Origin: Saprolegnia diclina VS20
Lineage: Eukaryota
Reading direction: 5' to 3'
Assembly: GCF_000281045.1 (NCBI RefSeq)
Contig: NW_008246081.1
Location: 179,838 to 243,837 of the forward strand
DNA length: 64,000 bases
Shown: piece after piece, positions 44,798-57,249 of the stretch
Position numbering within the stretch: position 1 is the first letter of the stretch
Layout: every line of letters begins with the position of its first letter
The notes under the pieces: generated by a model
Told to the model about the DNA's origin: nothing
Database searches by the model: none
What the model saw: the letters and a program-made list of their open reading frames with translations, nothing else
Program-made: the position numbers and the translations under genes

Positions 44798-46011
44798 TTA
44801 CCGACCGACGAGGAAGTGGAAGACATCGCCGTCCTGGCAGACGTAGTCCTTGCCCTCGGACCGGACGAGGCCCTGGTCGCGGGCCGCCTTCATGCTCCCG
44901 GCCTTCGTGAGCGCGTCAAACGAGACCGTCTCGGCGCGAATGAAGAGCCGCTCAAAGTCCGAGTGGATGACGCCGGCCGCCATCGGCGCCGTCGCGCCTT
45001 GCGGGATGTTCCACGCGCGGGCTTCTTTCTCGCCGACCGTGTAGTAGCTCTGCAGCTGGAGCAGCTTCTGCGACGCCCGGATCACGCGCGTGAGGCCCGT
45101 TTCTTCGAGGCCGCCCATTTGCAGATACTCCATCTGGCTCGCCTCGTCCTCAAAGGCCGACGCGGCTTCTTCGAGGGCGCCGGAGACGGTCAAGCACATG
45201 CTGCCTTCGGCTTCGACCTGCTTGCGAACGGCCTCAGTCATCTCGTTGCCCGAGGCTGCGTCATCTTCCGAGACGTTGCAGAGGTACATGGCCTTCTTGG
45301 CCGTGAGGAGCTGGAGTCGGTCAAACTGCACCTGCTCCTCCGGGATGTCGAAACTCAGGTTGGCGATCGAGACGCCTTCTTCGAGGAGCGGCTGCACACG
45401 CTCAAGGACGACGCCGAGGCTCTGGAGGCCGGGCTCGGTGGACTTTTTCTTCTTCTTGAGCGTCTCGAGGCGGCGCTCGACCGTCTGCAGGTCGGCCAGC
45501 AGCAGCTCCGTGCGGATCGTGTCGAGGTCCCGGAGCGGGTCGACGCTCTCTTCGACGTGGAGGATGTTGATGTCCTCGAAGCAGCGCACGACGTGCGCAA
45601 TGACAGCGACTTGGCGAATGTTGTCAAGAAACTTGTTACCTAAGGAAGAGAGGCTGAGAAAGCTCATCGGATCGTCGTCGGTCGGGTACCCAAGCCTTCG
45701 CCCTTGGACGCGCCACGCACAAGACCGGCAATGTCGACAAACTCGAGCTGCGTCTCAATGACCTTTTGCGAGTTCTCCATCTTGGCCAGCGCATGCACGC
45801 GCGGGTCCGGGACGCCGACGCGGGCGACGTTGGGGTCGATGGTGCAGAACGGGTAGTTGGCCGCCTGCGCCTGCTCCGTGCGCGTGAGCGCGTTGAAGAG
45901 CGTCGACTTGCCGACGTTGGGCATGCCCACGATGCCCACGGAGCGGTGGAAGCGGCGCGCGAGATGCGCTTGGAGCGCCGGCGTCGACCGCTGGGTCAGC
46001 TGGAGCATCAT
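44798..46011 (-). CDS. ychF: Obg-like ATPase YchF/OLA1, bacterial-type, likely mitochondrial (2 exons)
   Basis: [48 protein letters not shown] and a C-terminal TGS domain ([14 protein letters not shown]). Arg-rich presequence-like N-terminus. Confidence 0.92.
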
Positions 46012-46275
46012 CGTAAGAGTGATGGCCCAGGAATGCGCAGGAAATCCAGGTCACTGGACCGGCCAGAAACACGCGCACGCACACTGTGTATAAAAACACC
46101 CAACTATTCCATTATGCCAGCTCTATCACGTTCGATTTGTAACGAAAAGTGGCGTGCTTTTATCCTGTACCCACCCCTGGGCGAAACGGCGACTTGGTGT
46201 TTGTATTGCAGTGTTGCGCTCGTCTGGCGATTGCGGTCACGCGACGGACCCTTCATACTCCAACATACGTGTTCG

Positions 46276-47464
46276 ATGATCGAAGGAGTGAGCCCCGTCT
46301 TCCAGGCCTTCCTTGGCACGCTCGTGACATGGGGTCTCACCGCCGCCGTACGTCTTCATGGTCAATGCAGTGGCTCTAGACTTGTCGCCTCTAGGGCTCG
46401 GCGCTCGTCTTCGTGCTCGACGTCGAGAACAAAGAGCTGAGCCAGAAGATCCTCGACTCGATGCTGGTATCATGCATGGCCAGGTCGCGACGATGCCTCA
46501 TTCGCCGTAGGGTTTTGCCGCTGGCGTCATGCTCGCCGCCTCGTACTGGTCGCTCCTCGCGCCCGCGATTGAGATCGCCGAAGAGTCGCCGCTGTACGGG
46601 CCCGAGGGTCGCTGGGCGTTTGTGCCCGCCGCCGTGGGCTTCGCCTTGGGCGCGGGGTCAATGCTCTTGACAGAGCATGTGCTGCCGCTCCTCGGCCTCG
46701 ACACGAAGCCGGAAAGCTGGGACAAGAAGGACGACGATCTCAAGGTGTCGGCGGTGACGCCCGACAAGACGCGGTCGACAAGCTCGGACGGGCTGCGTCG
46801 CCGCAAGACGAAGAAGAACGACGCGCCGGATGATGAGGCGCCGTCAAAGCAAGACGACGCTGTCCACGACGACGCGATCCAGAGCTTTGTCTCGGCCAAG
46901 GACATGAGCTTTCGCCGCGTCGTCCTCCTCGTGATTGCCATCACGATGCACAACTTCCCCGAGGGCATGGCCGTCGGCGTCGGCTTTGGCAGCATCGGGC
47001 ACACGTCGTCCGCGACCTTTGGCAACGCCGTGAACCTCGCGATCGGCATTGGTAGCCTCTTCGGTTCCGTAGCTTGAATGCTCAGGGGCCATCATTAGGG
47101 CTTCAGAACTTTCCCGAGGGCCTCGCCGTCTCGATGCCATTGCGCCGCGAGGGCATGCCGCCGTTCAAAGCGTTCATGTGGGGCCAGCTCAGCGGTCTCG
47201 TCGAGCCCATTGGCGGCGTACGTTCGTCGATGCTCCGTCGCCTTTGTCTCATGCGCTTGTCCGTAGCTGCTCGGCGCATTTGCCGTCGTGTACGTCCAAC
47301 CAATTTTGCCGTACGCGCTCTCGTTTGCGGCCGGCGCCATGGTGTTTGTGGTCGTCGACGACTTGATTCCCGAGGCGCACCAGAGCGGCAACGCCAAGCT
47401 CGCGACCATCGGGACCATTGTCGGGTTCATTGTGATGATGACCATGGACGTCGCCCTCGGCTAG
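46276..47464 (+). CDS. ZIP-family zinc transporter (ZIP11/GufA type, multi-exon)
   Basis: [48 protein letters not shown] and [18 protein letters not shown]. Confidence 0.92.
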
Positions 47465-47682
47465 CACGCCGTACAGTGCGGTTAGAGGACACATTGTACA
47501 GTGTACACATCGTAGTACTAGTGCTCTCTACTAAAGTTTCTACCAAACGGCAACAGGAAGATCGCAACGCTGCGATCTTGAGCGGTTGCCTGTTTATCTT
47601 TGGCGTTCGAAAATGCAAAGTCGCGGGTCTTGTATCTTTGGATACTGAAACACCTGGCCCAAATATCCACCGAGGTCGTAGG

Positions 47683-49194
47683 ATGAGGATGGTGCGCAGC
47701 TTGTGCATGGCGGCCATAGTCGCGGCGACCGCGTCGGCCATGCCGGCGTACCCACCGGGCGTCCGCTTGGAGCTCACACGCCTCGCGTCGACGCACGAAG
47801 AGGTGATGCTGCAGTCGCTCAAGGAGAACCCTGCGGCCGTCGAGATGAGCCTCGTGCTCGGCCAAGGGGTGCACTCGGTCGAGATCTTTTTCGGGCACCA
47901 GAAGCGCCTGCTCATCGTCGACACGGGCAGCGCCGACACGGCCTTTCCGTGCACGGGCTGCGTCGACTGTGGCGCTCGGCACACCAACCCGCTCTACGTC
48001 ATGGGCGACAGCGCGTCGTACCTCTCGTGCGCCGACAACAAGAAGCGCGGCTTCTCGCCATGCAAGTCGTGCACGAGCGACGAACATTGCGCGTTCGCCG
48101 AAGAGTATGTCGAGGGCTCGGGCTGGAAAGCGCTCAAGGTTCAGGACACTGCGTACTTTGAGGACCGCCCGGATCTGAGCGCGAATCTCGTCTTTGGCTG
48201 CATGCAGAGCGAGTCCGGCGCCTTTCTCTCGCAGCGCGCCGACGGCATCATGGGCATGAGCCAGGACCCGGACGCGGTCCACGTCCAGTTCTTCATGGAT
48301 GGTGTCACGACGCTCCGCGGCTTCTCGCAGTGCATCGCCGAAGACGGCGGCTCGATGGTGATTGGCGGCCTCGACGTCTCGCGCAACCTCCCGTCCGAGA
48401 CCATGGTGTTTACACCGCTCCGGGACACGGGCTACAGCTACTGGACGGTCTCGCTCGAGTCGATATCGGTCGGCGGCCACCAAGTCGACGTCGACACGAG
48501 CATCTACAACGCACACCGCGGCTGCGTCTTTGACAGCGGCACGACGTTTGTGTACATTCCGAGCGCGGCCAAGGCGGGGTTCCAAAAGCAGTGGACAGCG
48601 GCCGTCGGCGAAGACTCGGAGCACGCGGCGTACATTGATGGCGGCGACTACACGCTGTCGCGGCTCGAGCTGCAAGCGCTTCCGAGCATCTGCTTCCAGT
48701 TTGCCAACGACGCCAGTATGTGCATCCCGCCGACGCAGTACATGGTGCACGACTTTGGCGACACGTACACCGCCACGATCTTCTTTCAGGACTTTGCACA
48801 GGCGACCATCATTGGCGCGTCGATGCTGCAGGACCACAACATCATGTACGACATGGACAACCACCGCATTGGCTTTGTGCGTGCGCACTGCGGCAGCAAC
48901 AGTAAGCTCGAATCGGTCGCGCTCGTGACGGCGCTCGGCGGCGACGCGTTCACGCCCGAGTGGAGTGTCGCCAAGTTGCTCAGCGATATACCGGCCATCA
49001 CGGGCTTTGTGTTTGGCGTGGGCCTCCTCCTCTTTGTGAGCGAGCTCTACGCCGCGGTGTCGTCCTACAAACGCGCGCCGTCGGCGCCCCGGCCATTGCA
49101 GGAGCCGCTGCTCGAAGGCTCGCACGAGGCTTGCGCCGAAGGACTCATCTTCGGCGACAGCGACACCACCTCGTTTGCGCTGCACTCTGTCTAG
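47683..49194 (+). CDS. Pepsin-family (A1) aspartic protease with signal peptide and C-terminal TM
   Basis: Catalytic DTGS and DSGTT motifs, a Cys-rich nepenthesin-type insert after the first motif, IIGASML, and the [20 protein letters not shown]. Confidence 0.9.
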   Translation: MRMVRSLCMAAIVAATASAMPAYPPGVRLELTRLASTHEEVMLQSLKENPAAVEMSLVLGQGVHSVEIFFGHQKRLLIVDTGSADTAFPCTGCVDCGARHTNPLYVMGDSASYLSCADNKKRGFSPCKSCTSDEHCAFAEEYVEGSGWKALKVQDTAYFEDRPDLSANLVFGCMQSESGAFLSQRADGIMGMSQDPDAVHVQFFMDGVTTLRGFSQCIAEDGGSMVIGGLDVSRNLPSETMVFTPLRDTGYSYWTVSLESISVGGHQVDVDTSIYNAHRGCVFDSGTTFVYIPSAAKAGFQKQWTAAVGEDSEHAAYIDGGDYTLSRLELQALPSICFQFANDASMCIPPTQYMVHDFGDTYTATIFFQDFAQATIIGASMLQDHNIMYDMDNHRIGFVRAHCGSNSKLESVALVTALGGDAFTPEWSVAKLLSDIPAITGFVFGVGLLLFVSELYAAVSSYKRAPSAPRPLQEPLLEGSHEACAEGLIFGDSDTTSFALHSV

Positions 49195-49756
49195 CTCTCG
49201 CAGATTCGTAGATATTCGCGCTCACTACCAACACTCGACAACTACGATCTTATGCATACACGTGTGACCTTCATTCGTGTTGTGAGCGACCAAGGCCATG
49301 GCCGTGCCTCAAGAACGCCGCCACGAGTGCTCTCGTTGGCATGTGACGAGATCTGGATCGTCGCACATGTACAAGTAGCTTCTTGCCACGTGTCCGAGTA
49401 TCTTGGCGATTGGTGGGCGTGGCTGGCCGCGTCAGGACGGTCCACAGCACAACCGCTGCAACGTACGAGAGGTGAAAATAGGAAGAAGAAGAAGAACTAG
49501 TGTCTACGACACCCGCCACGCGAGTGTGCACGAATCTTGACAGCATCTTGCGCCCGTGGACGGTGCGAAAATGTCGAAAGATCGCGGGCTTCGAAAAAGG
49601 GCTGCTTTTGATTGGGCGAGATTGTCGGGTTTGGTTCGGAATGGACCAATCCACGTGATCGATACACCGAAATCTTTCCATTTTTAGCCACTCTTTTTCT
49701 GAAATCCTTTCTGCGACGTTGCCAACTCGGAAGATCTCCCGCCGCAGAGTGCAAAT

Positions 49757-50668
49757 ATGCTGGTGGGCATCAAGACCGAGAACACGCTCGTGAGCATGCA
49801 GCCTGCGGGGAACACAAGCTGTGCCAAGCCACCCACGCCCAAGCCTGCCCACAACGAAGGCCGATGGACCGACGCCGAGCACGGCCTTTTCCTCGACGGC
49901 CTTCGGAGGTACGGGCGGCAGTGGTTCAACGTCGGGAAGGTCGTCAAGACGCGCAGCGTGACGCAAATCCGCACACATGCACAAAAGTACTTTGCCAAGC
50001 AAGAGAAGGAGGTCAACTCGATGCTGCAGACGATGACCACCAAGGCCAAGACGCCACGGAAGCGCGCTGATGCGTCCGAGGCGCCGGTCGTGTCGCCTTT
50101 GGCAAAACGTCATGGCTCTCTGCACCACAAGATGTCGCACAAGACTATGGACGGGCTGCATGTCGTGCTGTTGGCGGTCGAAGCTGCCTCGTCGCCCGAC
50201 TTTAGCGACCGACGTTACGTGCTCCAGAGCTTCCTAAAACAGCCCATGTCGAGTGTCGTGAGCTCCAAGATCAAGCACTTGATCAACGACGTTGCCGCGT
50301 TCGTTCGGCGGCGAGAGAAAGCCTCCGACGCGTTGCACCTCGGCGACATGCACATTGCAATCGACAGCGGTGCGTACATGACGGTGGAGAGCGCGGTCAC
50401 TGCGCTGCTCGTCCGCCTCAAGACGCTCAAGTCGACAGCGACCGCGACGTTGGCGCAGCAGCTAGTGCTGCAGGAGCTGCCCCAGCTCTTCCTTACGAAC
50501 GCGTGGCCAATGCGGCCATCGGTACCGTCGAGTCCACCAAGCGTCATGATTCCGGTGCTCAACCCGCAGCCGTCGCCCATGGCGCTCAAACTCCCGCGCC
50601 TCGCCGACTGGGCACCCACGTCGTCGTCGGCGGCGGCATTTGGCGACGACCAGTGTATTGCGATATGA
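49757..50668 (+). CDS. Single-repeat Myb transcription factor, SHAQKYF class
   Basis: GRWTDAEHGLFLDGLRRYGRQW..TRSVTQIRTHAQKYF. Confidence 0.9.
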   Translation: MLVGIKTENTLVSMQPAGNTSCAKPPTPKPAHNEGRWTDAEHGLFLDGLRRYGRQWFNVGKVVKTRSVTQIRTHAQKYFAKQEKEVNSMLQTMTTKAKTPRKRADASEAPVVSPLAKRHGSLHHKMSHKTMDGLHVVLLAVEAASSPDFSDRRYVLQSFLKQPMSSVVSSKIKHLINDVAAFVRRREKASDALHLGDMHIAIDSGAYMTVESAVTALLVRLKTLKSTATATLAQQLVLQELPQLFLTNAWPMRPSVPSSPPSVMIPVLNPQPSPMALKLPRLADWAPTSSSAAAFGDDQCIAI

Positions 50669-51211
50669 CACTGAATTTTGAAATGTTGAAAAACGTCTCT
50701 TGCGATCGCCAGACAGAATGGGTTGCCAGTAGTAGCCAAGTCGCTCGACCGTAAAGCTAGCTCGATGCGGTGGTCAGCGTGCTTGGGGTTGCGCCAAATA
50801 TTAGCGCCGCCAGCACGACGGCGCGCTGGCCTCTGGCAACTGCCTCTGGGGGCGATTGTGGTGGTCTGGGCGGAGAAGCTACGGGTGCTTCCGCGCCCCC
50901 AGCTGCCAGCGCGGACGCCACCAACCACCTCGCAATCCAGCGCTGCTGCAGGCCCTCGCGAGCGACAACGTTGGGTGCTCTCGGCGCGTCCTCAATGGCG
51001 TGACGAGTGGCGCGTCAGGCAGGCGCGCGGTGTTGGCGCGGGCGACGCGGCGCGGGACGTCCGGATGTGCATCCGGCGGCTCTAAATTTTCATGTATGTG
51101 GGACAAGCCGCGAGCCTCCGATTGGCCTTTCCGCGAGCATTCTCCACACTTCTTGGTCGAGAAGATTGGGTCAGTTCCTTCAACGTGGCCAGCATTTCTG
51201 CCACCACTACC

Positions 51212-51988
51212 ATGTCGTCGTCGTCGTCGCAGTGGCCGCCGCAGCACGGCGGGCCGCTGCTCGGGTACCGCGGCAAGTGCAAGTACAAGAGCGGTCGGTG
51301 CATGAACGAGCGGACGCTCAAGGAGAATGGCGAGCCGCACACACTCTGCGAGCCGCACCGGTTGCAACACAACAAGAACCAGCGCAAGTCGGACATCAAG
51401 CGCCGCCGCCTCAAGAAGCTGCAAGCGCCGACCAATGCAAGCGTCCAGCGGCTGCTGCATGCTGAGAGCATGGCGCGACGCACGACACCGACGCACGCGA
51501 CGTCCATGGTACACCCGATCACGTTTGCCCCACCGGACGCAAGCCATGAGGACCAGCACAGCGCGAGGAGCAGCGATGTACAAAGCACCAGGGACGATGC
51601 CTACAGCGACTACAGCGACGCCAAAATGCACTCACCGGACGCACAAACCTCCTTCAACTACAGCTGGACCCGGCCACCGCCGCCGGGCAAGATGGAGATG
51701 CGGCGCACCATAGAGTCCCCGATGCTGCCACCTCTCCAAGCGTCCATGTCCTATCACAACGCCACCAACACGAGCGCCTATCCTTCGGCCGACCGGTGGC
51801 TGCCACCGATGGCGCAGGCGGCGCACGTGGCGATCAAGCAGGAGCCGCCCGACGAGGCCAAGCCGCCGCCGCCACCGCCGGGTGCCGGTCTCCCCGACGG
51901 GTGGTCGCACGAGGACCTTGTCATCTTGACCGAGATGGTCGGTCTCCAGCAGTCGTCGTCGTCGGCGTCGTCGCGCCAGTCGTCGTGA
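51212..51988 (+). CDS. Oomycete-type putative zinc-finger protein (C-x-Y-x4-C..H-x-L-C-x2-H) with basic helix
   Basis: CKYKSGRCMNERTLKENGEPHTLCEPHRLQHNKNQRKSDIKRRR followed by a low-complexity region. Confidence 0.7.
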   Translation: MSSSSSQWPPQHGGPLLGYRGKCKYKSGRCMNERTLKENGEPHTLCEPHRLQHNKNQRKSDIKRRRLKKLQAPTNASVQRLLHAESMARRTTPTHATSMVHPITFAPPDASHEDQHSARSSDVQSTRDDAYSDYSDAKMHSPDAQTSFNYSWTRPPPPGKMEMRRTIESPMLPPLQASMSYHNATNTSAYPSADRWLPPMAQAAHVAIKQEPPDEAKPPPPPPGAGLPDGWSHEDLVILTEMVGLQQSSSSASSRQSS

Positions 51989-52120
51989 GCGTCGGTCGTA
52001 TTTATTTGCCAGTTTTGTTGTGTGCTATGCGTTTTAAACATATAAACCACGTGTCGTTTGTTTGCATGTTTAAAACACGAAACCATCTTCCAGATACCAT
52101 TCCACGAGACCCAAGCAACC

Positions 52121-52806
52121 ATGGCCATGCCCGGGCGGACGACCGTGCGCCTCATGCCCGCCCACATGCGCTTCGTCAACGGCGTCTCGCGTGCGTACGA
52201 CGACGAGTTCCCGCACGAGCTGCGCCATCTGGTATGCAACACGCGCCCACGCGTGGATTTTTGTTGAGGTTGTAGGTGGACGAGACGCAGTTCAGCCACG
52301 CCATCAACCAGATCAACAACACGCTCACCGACTACTGGCCGTGCCTCTTCTGCGTCTGCTATGGCTACGCGTGCTGCGTCTGCACCGGCGGCCTCTCGCT
52401 CCTCTGCCCCCACATGTGCATCAGCGACGTCCGTGCCGCCTTCAACACCACCACCGACGACGCCTGATCCAACCTTGTTGTAGGCAGAGCAGTACGCCCG
52501 GACGCTCATCGACCGCATCAACCACCGCCCGTGCTTTCAAGACGTCGGCGTCGAGTGGAAGTTTGTCAAGCGCTGCGGGCGGTCCTGGGTACGGCGACTG
52601 TCTCGCCTCGTCGGGCTTTGAGCTTCATTTTAGATTGAGATTTCGTTTCCTACTACCAACTACTCCAAGGTACACATGCTCGACTCGGCATCAAAATAAC
52701 ACAACATGAGTAGAAGGGCGACGGTGGCACCTACCAAAAGGTGCTAATCGCGAGCCCGACCTCGAGCAGCCGCACCACGGACGAAGCGTCGCCGACGCTC
52801 TTGTGA
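52121..52806 (+). CDS. Erf4/GOLGA7/CHIC-like Cys-rich palmitoylation partner (multi-exon)
   Basis: YDDEFPHELRHL|VDETQFSHAINQINNTL..CVCYGYACCVCTGGLSLLCP..IDRIN..GVEWKFVKRCGRSW|IEI. The final exon is uncertain. Confidence 0.65.
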
Positions 52807-52840
52807 GTGTAGTGGAAAGAGAATATATTAGTCGACTCGA

Positions 52841-55800
52841 CTACTGGATCGTGAGAAAGCCACGCAGCGAGTTGCGGAACTGGCCGAGCTTTTGCGTAAA
52901 CTTGTCGCGGTTCGAGGCCTCGAGGGACTGGAGAATGTCGCTGTAGAGCTTTGCAAACGCCTCTTCCACGAGCACCTTGTTGGCGTCGTTGGCCTGCGAC
53001 GACGCCAGGTTTTGCTCGTACGCCTGCAGCGCGTCCGGGCTGCACAGCGAGAGGCTCAAGATCGGTCGCGAGAGCGCCCACTGCGACGACGCGTCGCCGT
53101 AGATCAAAATGTTGAAGAGCGACGACAGTAGCGTCGACCAGAGGTTGGGCGACGCCTGCAAGTGACTCAAGAGCAAGTGCTTGAGCTGCGAGTCCTTCTT
53201 CTTCTTCGTCTCCGTATAAAAGAGCGACGCGAGGTGGTCCACGGCCGTCGCGCACTGCGCCGCGATCGTCAAATCGTACGAGTTGACGCCTTCGTGGAGC
53301 GACTGCACGAGCTGCGAAAACACACTAACGTCCAGCGCGACCACCGAGAGCAGCTGGTTGCGGAAGAGGATCTCGAGGAAGAAGAAGTACGCGTTCTTGA
53401 CCTTGGGGTAGTTCTACGCCACCGATCGAGATAAGTATCAATGTATCAAATGGCAACGTACGATGAGGTCGTCGATCGGAATCGAGAGCGCCATTTGGAG
53501 CGACACCTCGAGCGCACGGTCCCACGCAGCGTCGTTGTAGAGTTTGAAGACGCCAAAGTTGACATAATTGCCCCCTAGACAAATATCAAGTTTGTATCAA
53601 TCGAGAGCAAACCAATGGGAGTACCGAGCGCGCGAAAGAGAATGCCGAGGCAGAGCGAAATGCCCTTGTACTTTTCTGCGTACGGGTCCCGGAGCGCGCG
53701 GTTGTTCTGGAGCACGCGCGACCCGTAGGCCACAATCACTTGGCTGAGCTCGCGGAAGAGGAGGATGCCGTTGGGCGAGCTCTGGTCAAAGACGACGCGC
53801 TGGCTCTTGTTGTACGCAAGCTCTTGGAGAAACTTGAGGAGCGCGTTCATGACCGACGGCGTGTCATACCACACGTCGGCCGCTTTCGCAAAGATGGGCA
53901 TGTACGTCGGGTAGAGCAAATCAAACATGCAGTTGTACGTGCGCTTGTTGTGCGTCGAAATGAAGACGCCGCGGAGGTCGCGGCAGACGCCAATGATCGC
54001 CTCGCGCACGTCCGGCTGGCGGTAGTTCTGCACGTGCATGAGCGTGTTGAGCACGTCTTCCATGGGCTTGACAAAGTCCTCAAACCGGTCCGAGCTCTCG
54101 TCAAACGCGGTCGTGAAGAGGAGCCGCGAGATCGTCGAGTGAAAGCTTGTGCGGTGGCGCGTGTTGCTCGGGATTGCGAGAAACGGAAACTCGTCGGCCG
54201 TGTGGTGGCCAATGAGGTACTGCACCGTGTCGAGCCCGAGGAGGAGCTTCCCGGACGAGTAGCCCGACGCAATGTCCAGAAAGAGCGTCAGCGTGCTGCT
54301 GATGACCTTCTCTTCGTCGCCCCAAAACTTGAGGTCTTGGCCAATGTGCGTCACAATCATATTGACAACGACCGTGTGGTCGCCGTAGCCCATGCGCTCG
54401 AACATGCGCTGGTACGTCTTGGTCTTGAGCGACATGCTCGAGTCCGACGGCGACATGCCGAGGAGCGGGTTCGAGAGCGGCGAGGCCACGGGCGACGCGG
54501 CGAGGGTCGGCGTCGGCGCCGACGGCATGCCGTGCTGCTCGCCAATGTAGCTCCGGCGGAAAAAGCTGAAGTAGTGCAAGAACGCGAGCTCGAGGTGGAC
54601 GTGGCACTTGGTGCGGCCGCCGGACGAGATCAAGCGGTGCTCGACAATCTTCATGGTGGCAAAGACGCGGTTGCTGAGGTCGGCGTCGACGACTTCGTCG
54701 CCGTCGGCGGCTTGGGGCGACGCGTACGAGTGGCCGCCGATGATCGAGCCGACAATGTAGACGAGCCACGCGAGCTGCATCTCGAGGCCGTGCATGCCGC
54801 GCGCGAGCGAGTCGTCGTCGTCGTCCATGCGCGCGTCCATGGCGAGCGCGGCGGCTTCGCGGTACTGGGTGAGCGTCGTGTCGAAGACGGTGAGGAGGTA
54901 CTCGCCGACGACACGGTAGTTGTAGTGGCAAATCGTTGGTAATTTATCAAACTGCTCGGCTAAGCTACCCTCGTCGCCGAGCGGGTCGTCGACCGCGTCA
55001 TCGGCGGCGACGGCCAGCGCCGAGTCCAGTCGCGACTGCACGTACGACTGCACAATGCGCGGAATCGAATTGTCGAGAAACGCAATCGACGCCGCGCCGT
55101 TGCGCTCCGTGCGCACGTACGGGAGCGCCGCGACGAGGCGCGACCAGAGACCGAGAAGGTAGTGCACCGAGTTGGCCGACCACTGCCACTGCGTAAACGA
55201 CTTGACCGTAAACTCGGGCGTGAGCTCCATCCACTCTTGGAACGACTCGGCCTTCATGAGCTCCGAGAGCTGGTAGTTCGACTTGAGGCGGCTCAAGAGA
55301 CGGCAAAACTCGTGGTAGTTGGCCGGGTCCGAGAGCCCCTGCTGCATCGAAATGATGCGGCAAATGCCCGTGAGGAGGCGCGAGAGAAAGGCCGCGCGCT
55401 CCTGGTCCGGCGAGAAGAGCGACCGACGCACGGACGCAAGGAGCATGAGCGTCTCCAAGCAGCGGGCCGCGTTGGGCGACGCCGCCGTCGACGTCGTGTG
55501 GTAAAAGTCAAAGAGCAGCGACATGGTCTCAGGCTCTTGGATGATCGCGCGCCATGTCGTCGGGACTTGGAGCGCGCCCGCATCTTCGGCCGACTCGTCG
55601 GGGTTGATGCCGATAAAGTCAAAGGACAGGCACTTGATCGCGAGGCCGAGCGCATAGTCGGCCATGCGGTTCTCCTGGTCGGGCGTCGCGCCGGGAATGC
55701 TCTTCATGTGCAGCGTCTTGACGGTCGTGAGCGCGACTTGGAAGATGTGGAAGAGCGACGCATCGCGAAAGGCCACGGCGATCTTGCGATGGAAGGTAAG

Positions 55801-56295
55801 ATTGCGGCCAGTCACGGGTTGGTTCATCTCGGTCACAAGCTCGTTGAGAATCTGGAGGCCAATGATGCAGTGGTCGACCGTCGCCTGGAGAAACTTGGAG
55901 ACCTCGAGGTTGAGCTCGCGGAACTGCTCGTCGTCAAACCAGCCAAACTTGGTGAGGCGGCACACGAGCTGGATGAGCGAGACCGTCACGTACTTTTCGA
56001 GGCTCGGGCCCTTCTGCGCCAGGTACCCGAGCACGTAGTTGCGGATGTCGATGCGCTGCGACGGCGTAAAGTTGTTCCAGTGGGTCGTGATGAGCTTGGT
56101 CAGGCTCGTGCTCGCGACGAGGAGCGCGAGCATGTTGGTCGAGTTGTCGAGGATGTGCTGGCAGCGCGGGATATGCTCCGCCGAGCTCTGCAGCACCAGG
56201 ACGCTCTGCTGCGCCATCGACCGCTCGCGCTCGTCGGCCGACTGGTACAGCGCGGTGCAGAGCATCTCAAAGTGCTGGAGCTCGTTCGCGTCCAT
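52841..56295 (-). CDS. XPO7: Exportin-7 / RanBP16-17 family karyopherin (3 exons)
   Basis: LQHFEMLCTALY, RNYVLGYL, NYHEFCRLLSRLKSNYQLSEL, SPNGILLFRE, GNYVNFGVF and WALSRPILSL..NRDKFTQ. Introns at ~53414-53462 and ~53576-53624. Confidence 0.93.
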
Positions 56296-57249
56296 GGCGG
56301 CTGCTTCCGAGACGACAATGTATGGATATGCGTCGAAAGAGGTCCCCCAAAAACGGACCTCGCTGCCACGCCCCACGTTTCCTTATAAAATATGGCTTTT
56401 CAGAGGTCACCCTTCGCTGCCTTTTGACCAATCGCATTGCAAGATTCCATTTTCAACAACGGCGATTGGCCAAAAATGAGTGCGCCAGTTTGTTCCCAGC
56501 AACTGCGACGACGACGGACGACTTGCAGTTGCACAACCCACTCCGACTCCTTCAATGCAGCGCTGTGCTCGCGTTCGACTTTAGTTTATTTGCCGTCGAC
56601 TAGACGAGAAGGCGACTGCTCTCGCATCGCAACCGCAGCGCTCCAGCACTGACGCAAGGCCGGTACGACCTAGCAACTCGATCGAAGCTACACGACAGGC
56701 CAGCTACATACTAGTACAGCCCGTAGGTAAAAGGGGCGGCAGTTGTTCCGTAAGTCGAAGCAGCGCCACGCAGCTACGCTGGCGCCCACAACCTGCGACG
56801 CAAGTTGAAGCTGGCGCCATGATCACGTCCACATATCTTCGCAGCAGCCATCGGATCCGCCTGAGCCGGATGCAAACGCCTGAAAGATCGAACGTTCGCG
56901 CGGCTTCCTTGGGCAACCTGATTTCCGAAGCTTCCGTGTGGTGCCCACAGCCCGCCTTGGGGTTGAACGAGTATGAACTATGCAAAAGCGACGACCTACT
57001 AGCGGACCTACTAGAGACACAGGACTCTTGTTGGTTGCCTTCGTCGTACCGCGCAGCGCGGCCGCCAGAGGCACTTCAACTTGGCGCCGGCGTTCGAAAT
57101 CTGAACGTGAACAGGGTCGGAACGAGGTAATTTAATTCGTTATCTTGGTATTTGTAAGTGGAATAAAAGCTTCGTAATATATTTGACCGCTCCCGGTGGA
57201 GCTGGGTGCGAGCTCAGATCTCATTTGCCTTTTTGCCTCCAAGCCGCAG

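Noticed and set aside
27912..46011. HPPK-DHPS and YchF as recent bacterial horizontal transfers
   Set aside because: Both contain spliceosomal introns and host-like codon usage. The HPPK-DHPS fusion and organellar YchF are common in eukaryotes.
47074..49194. 706-aa ORF as a ZIP transporter-aspartic protease fusion
   Set aside because: The ORF reads through ZIP introns and the intergenic region by chance. The spliced ZIP gene stops at 47464 and the protease has its own signal peptide from 47683.
17070..52806. DHHC enzyme and Erf4/GOLGA7-like cofactor as a linked system
   Set aside because: They are ~35 kb apart with unrelated genes between, and the DHHC protein shows no clear Erf2/DHHC9-type features.
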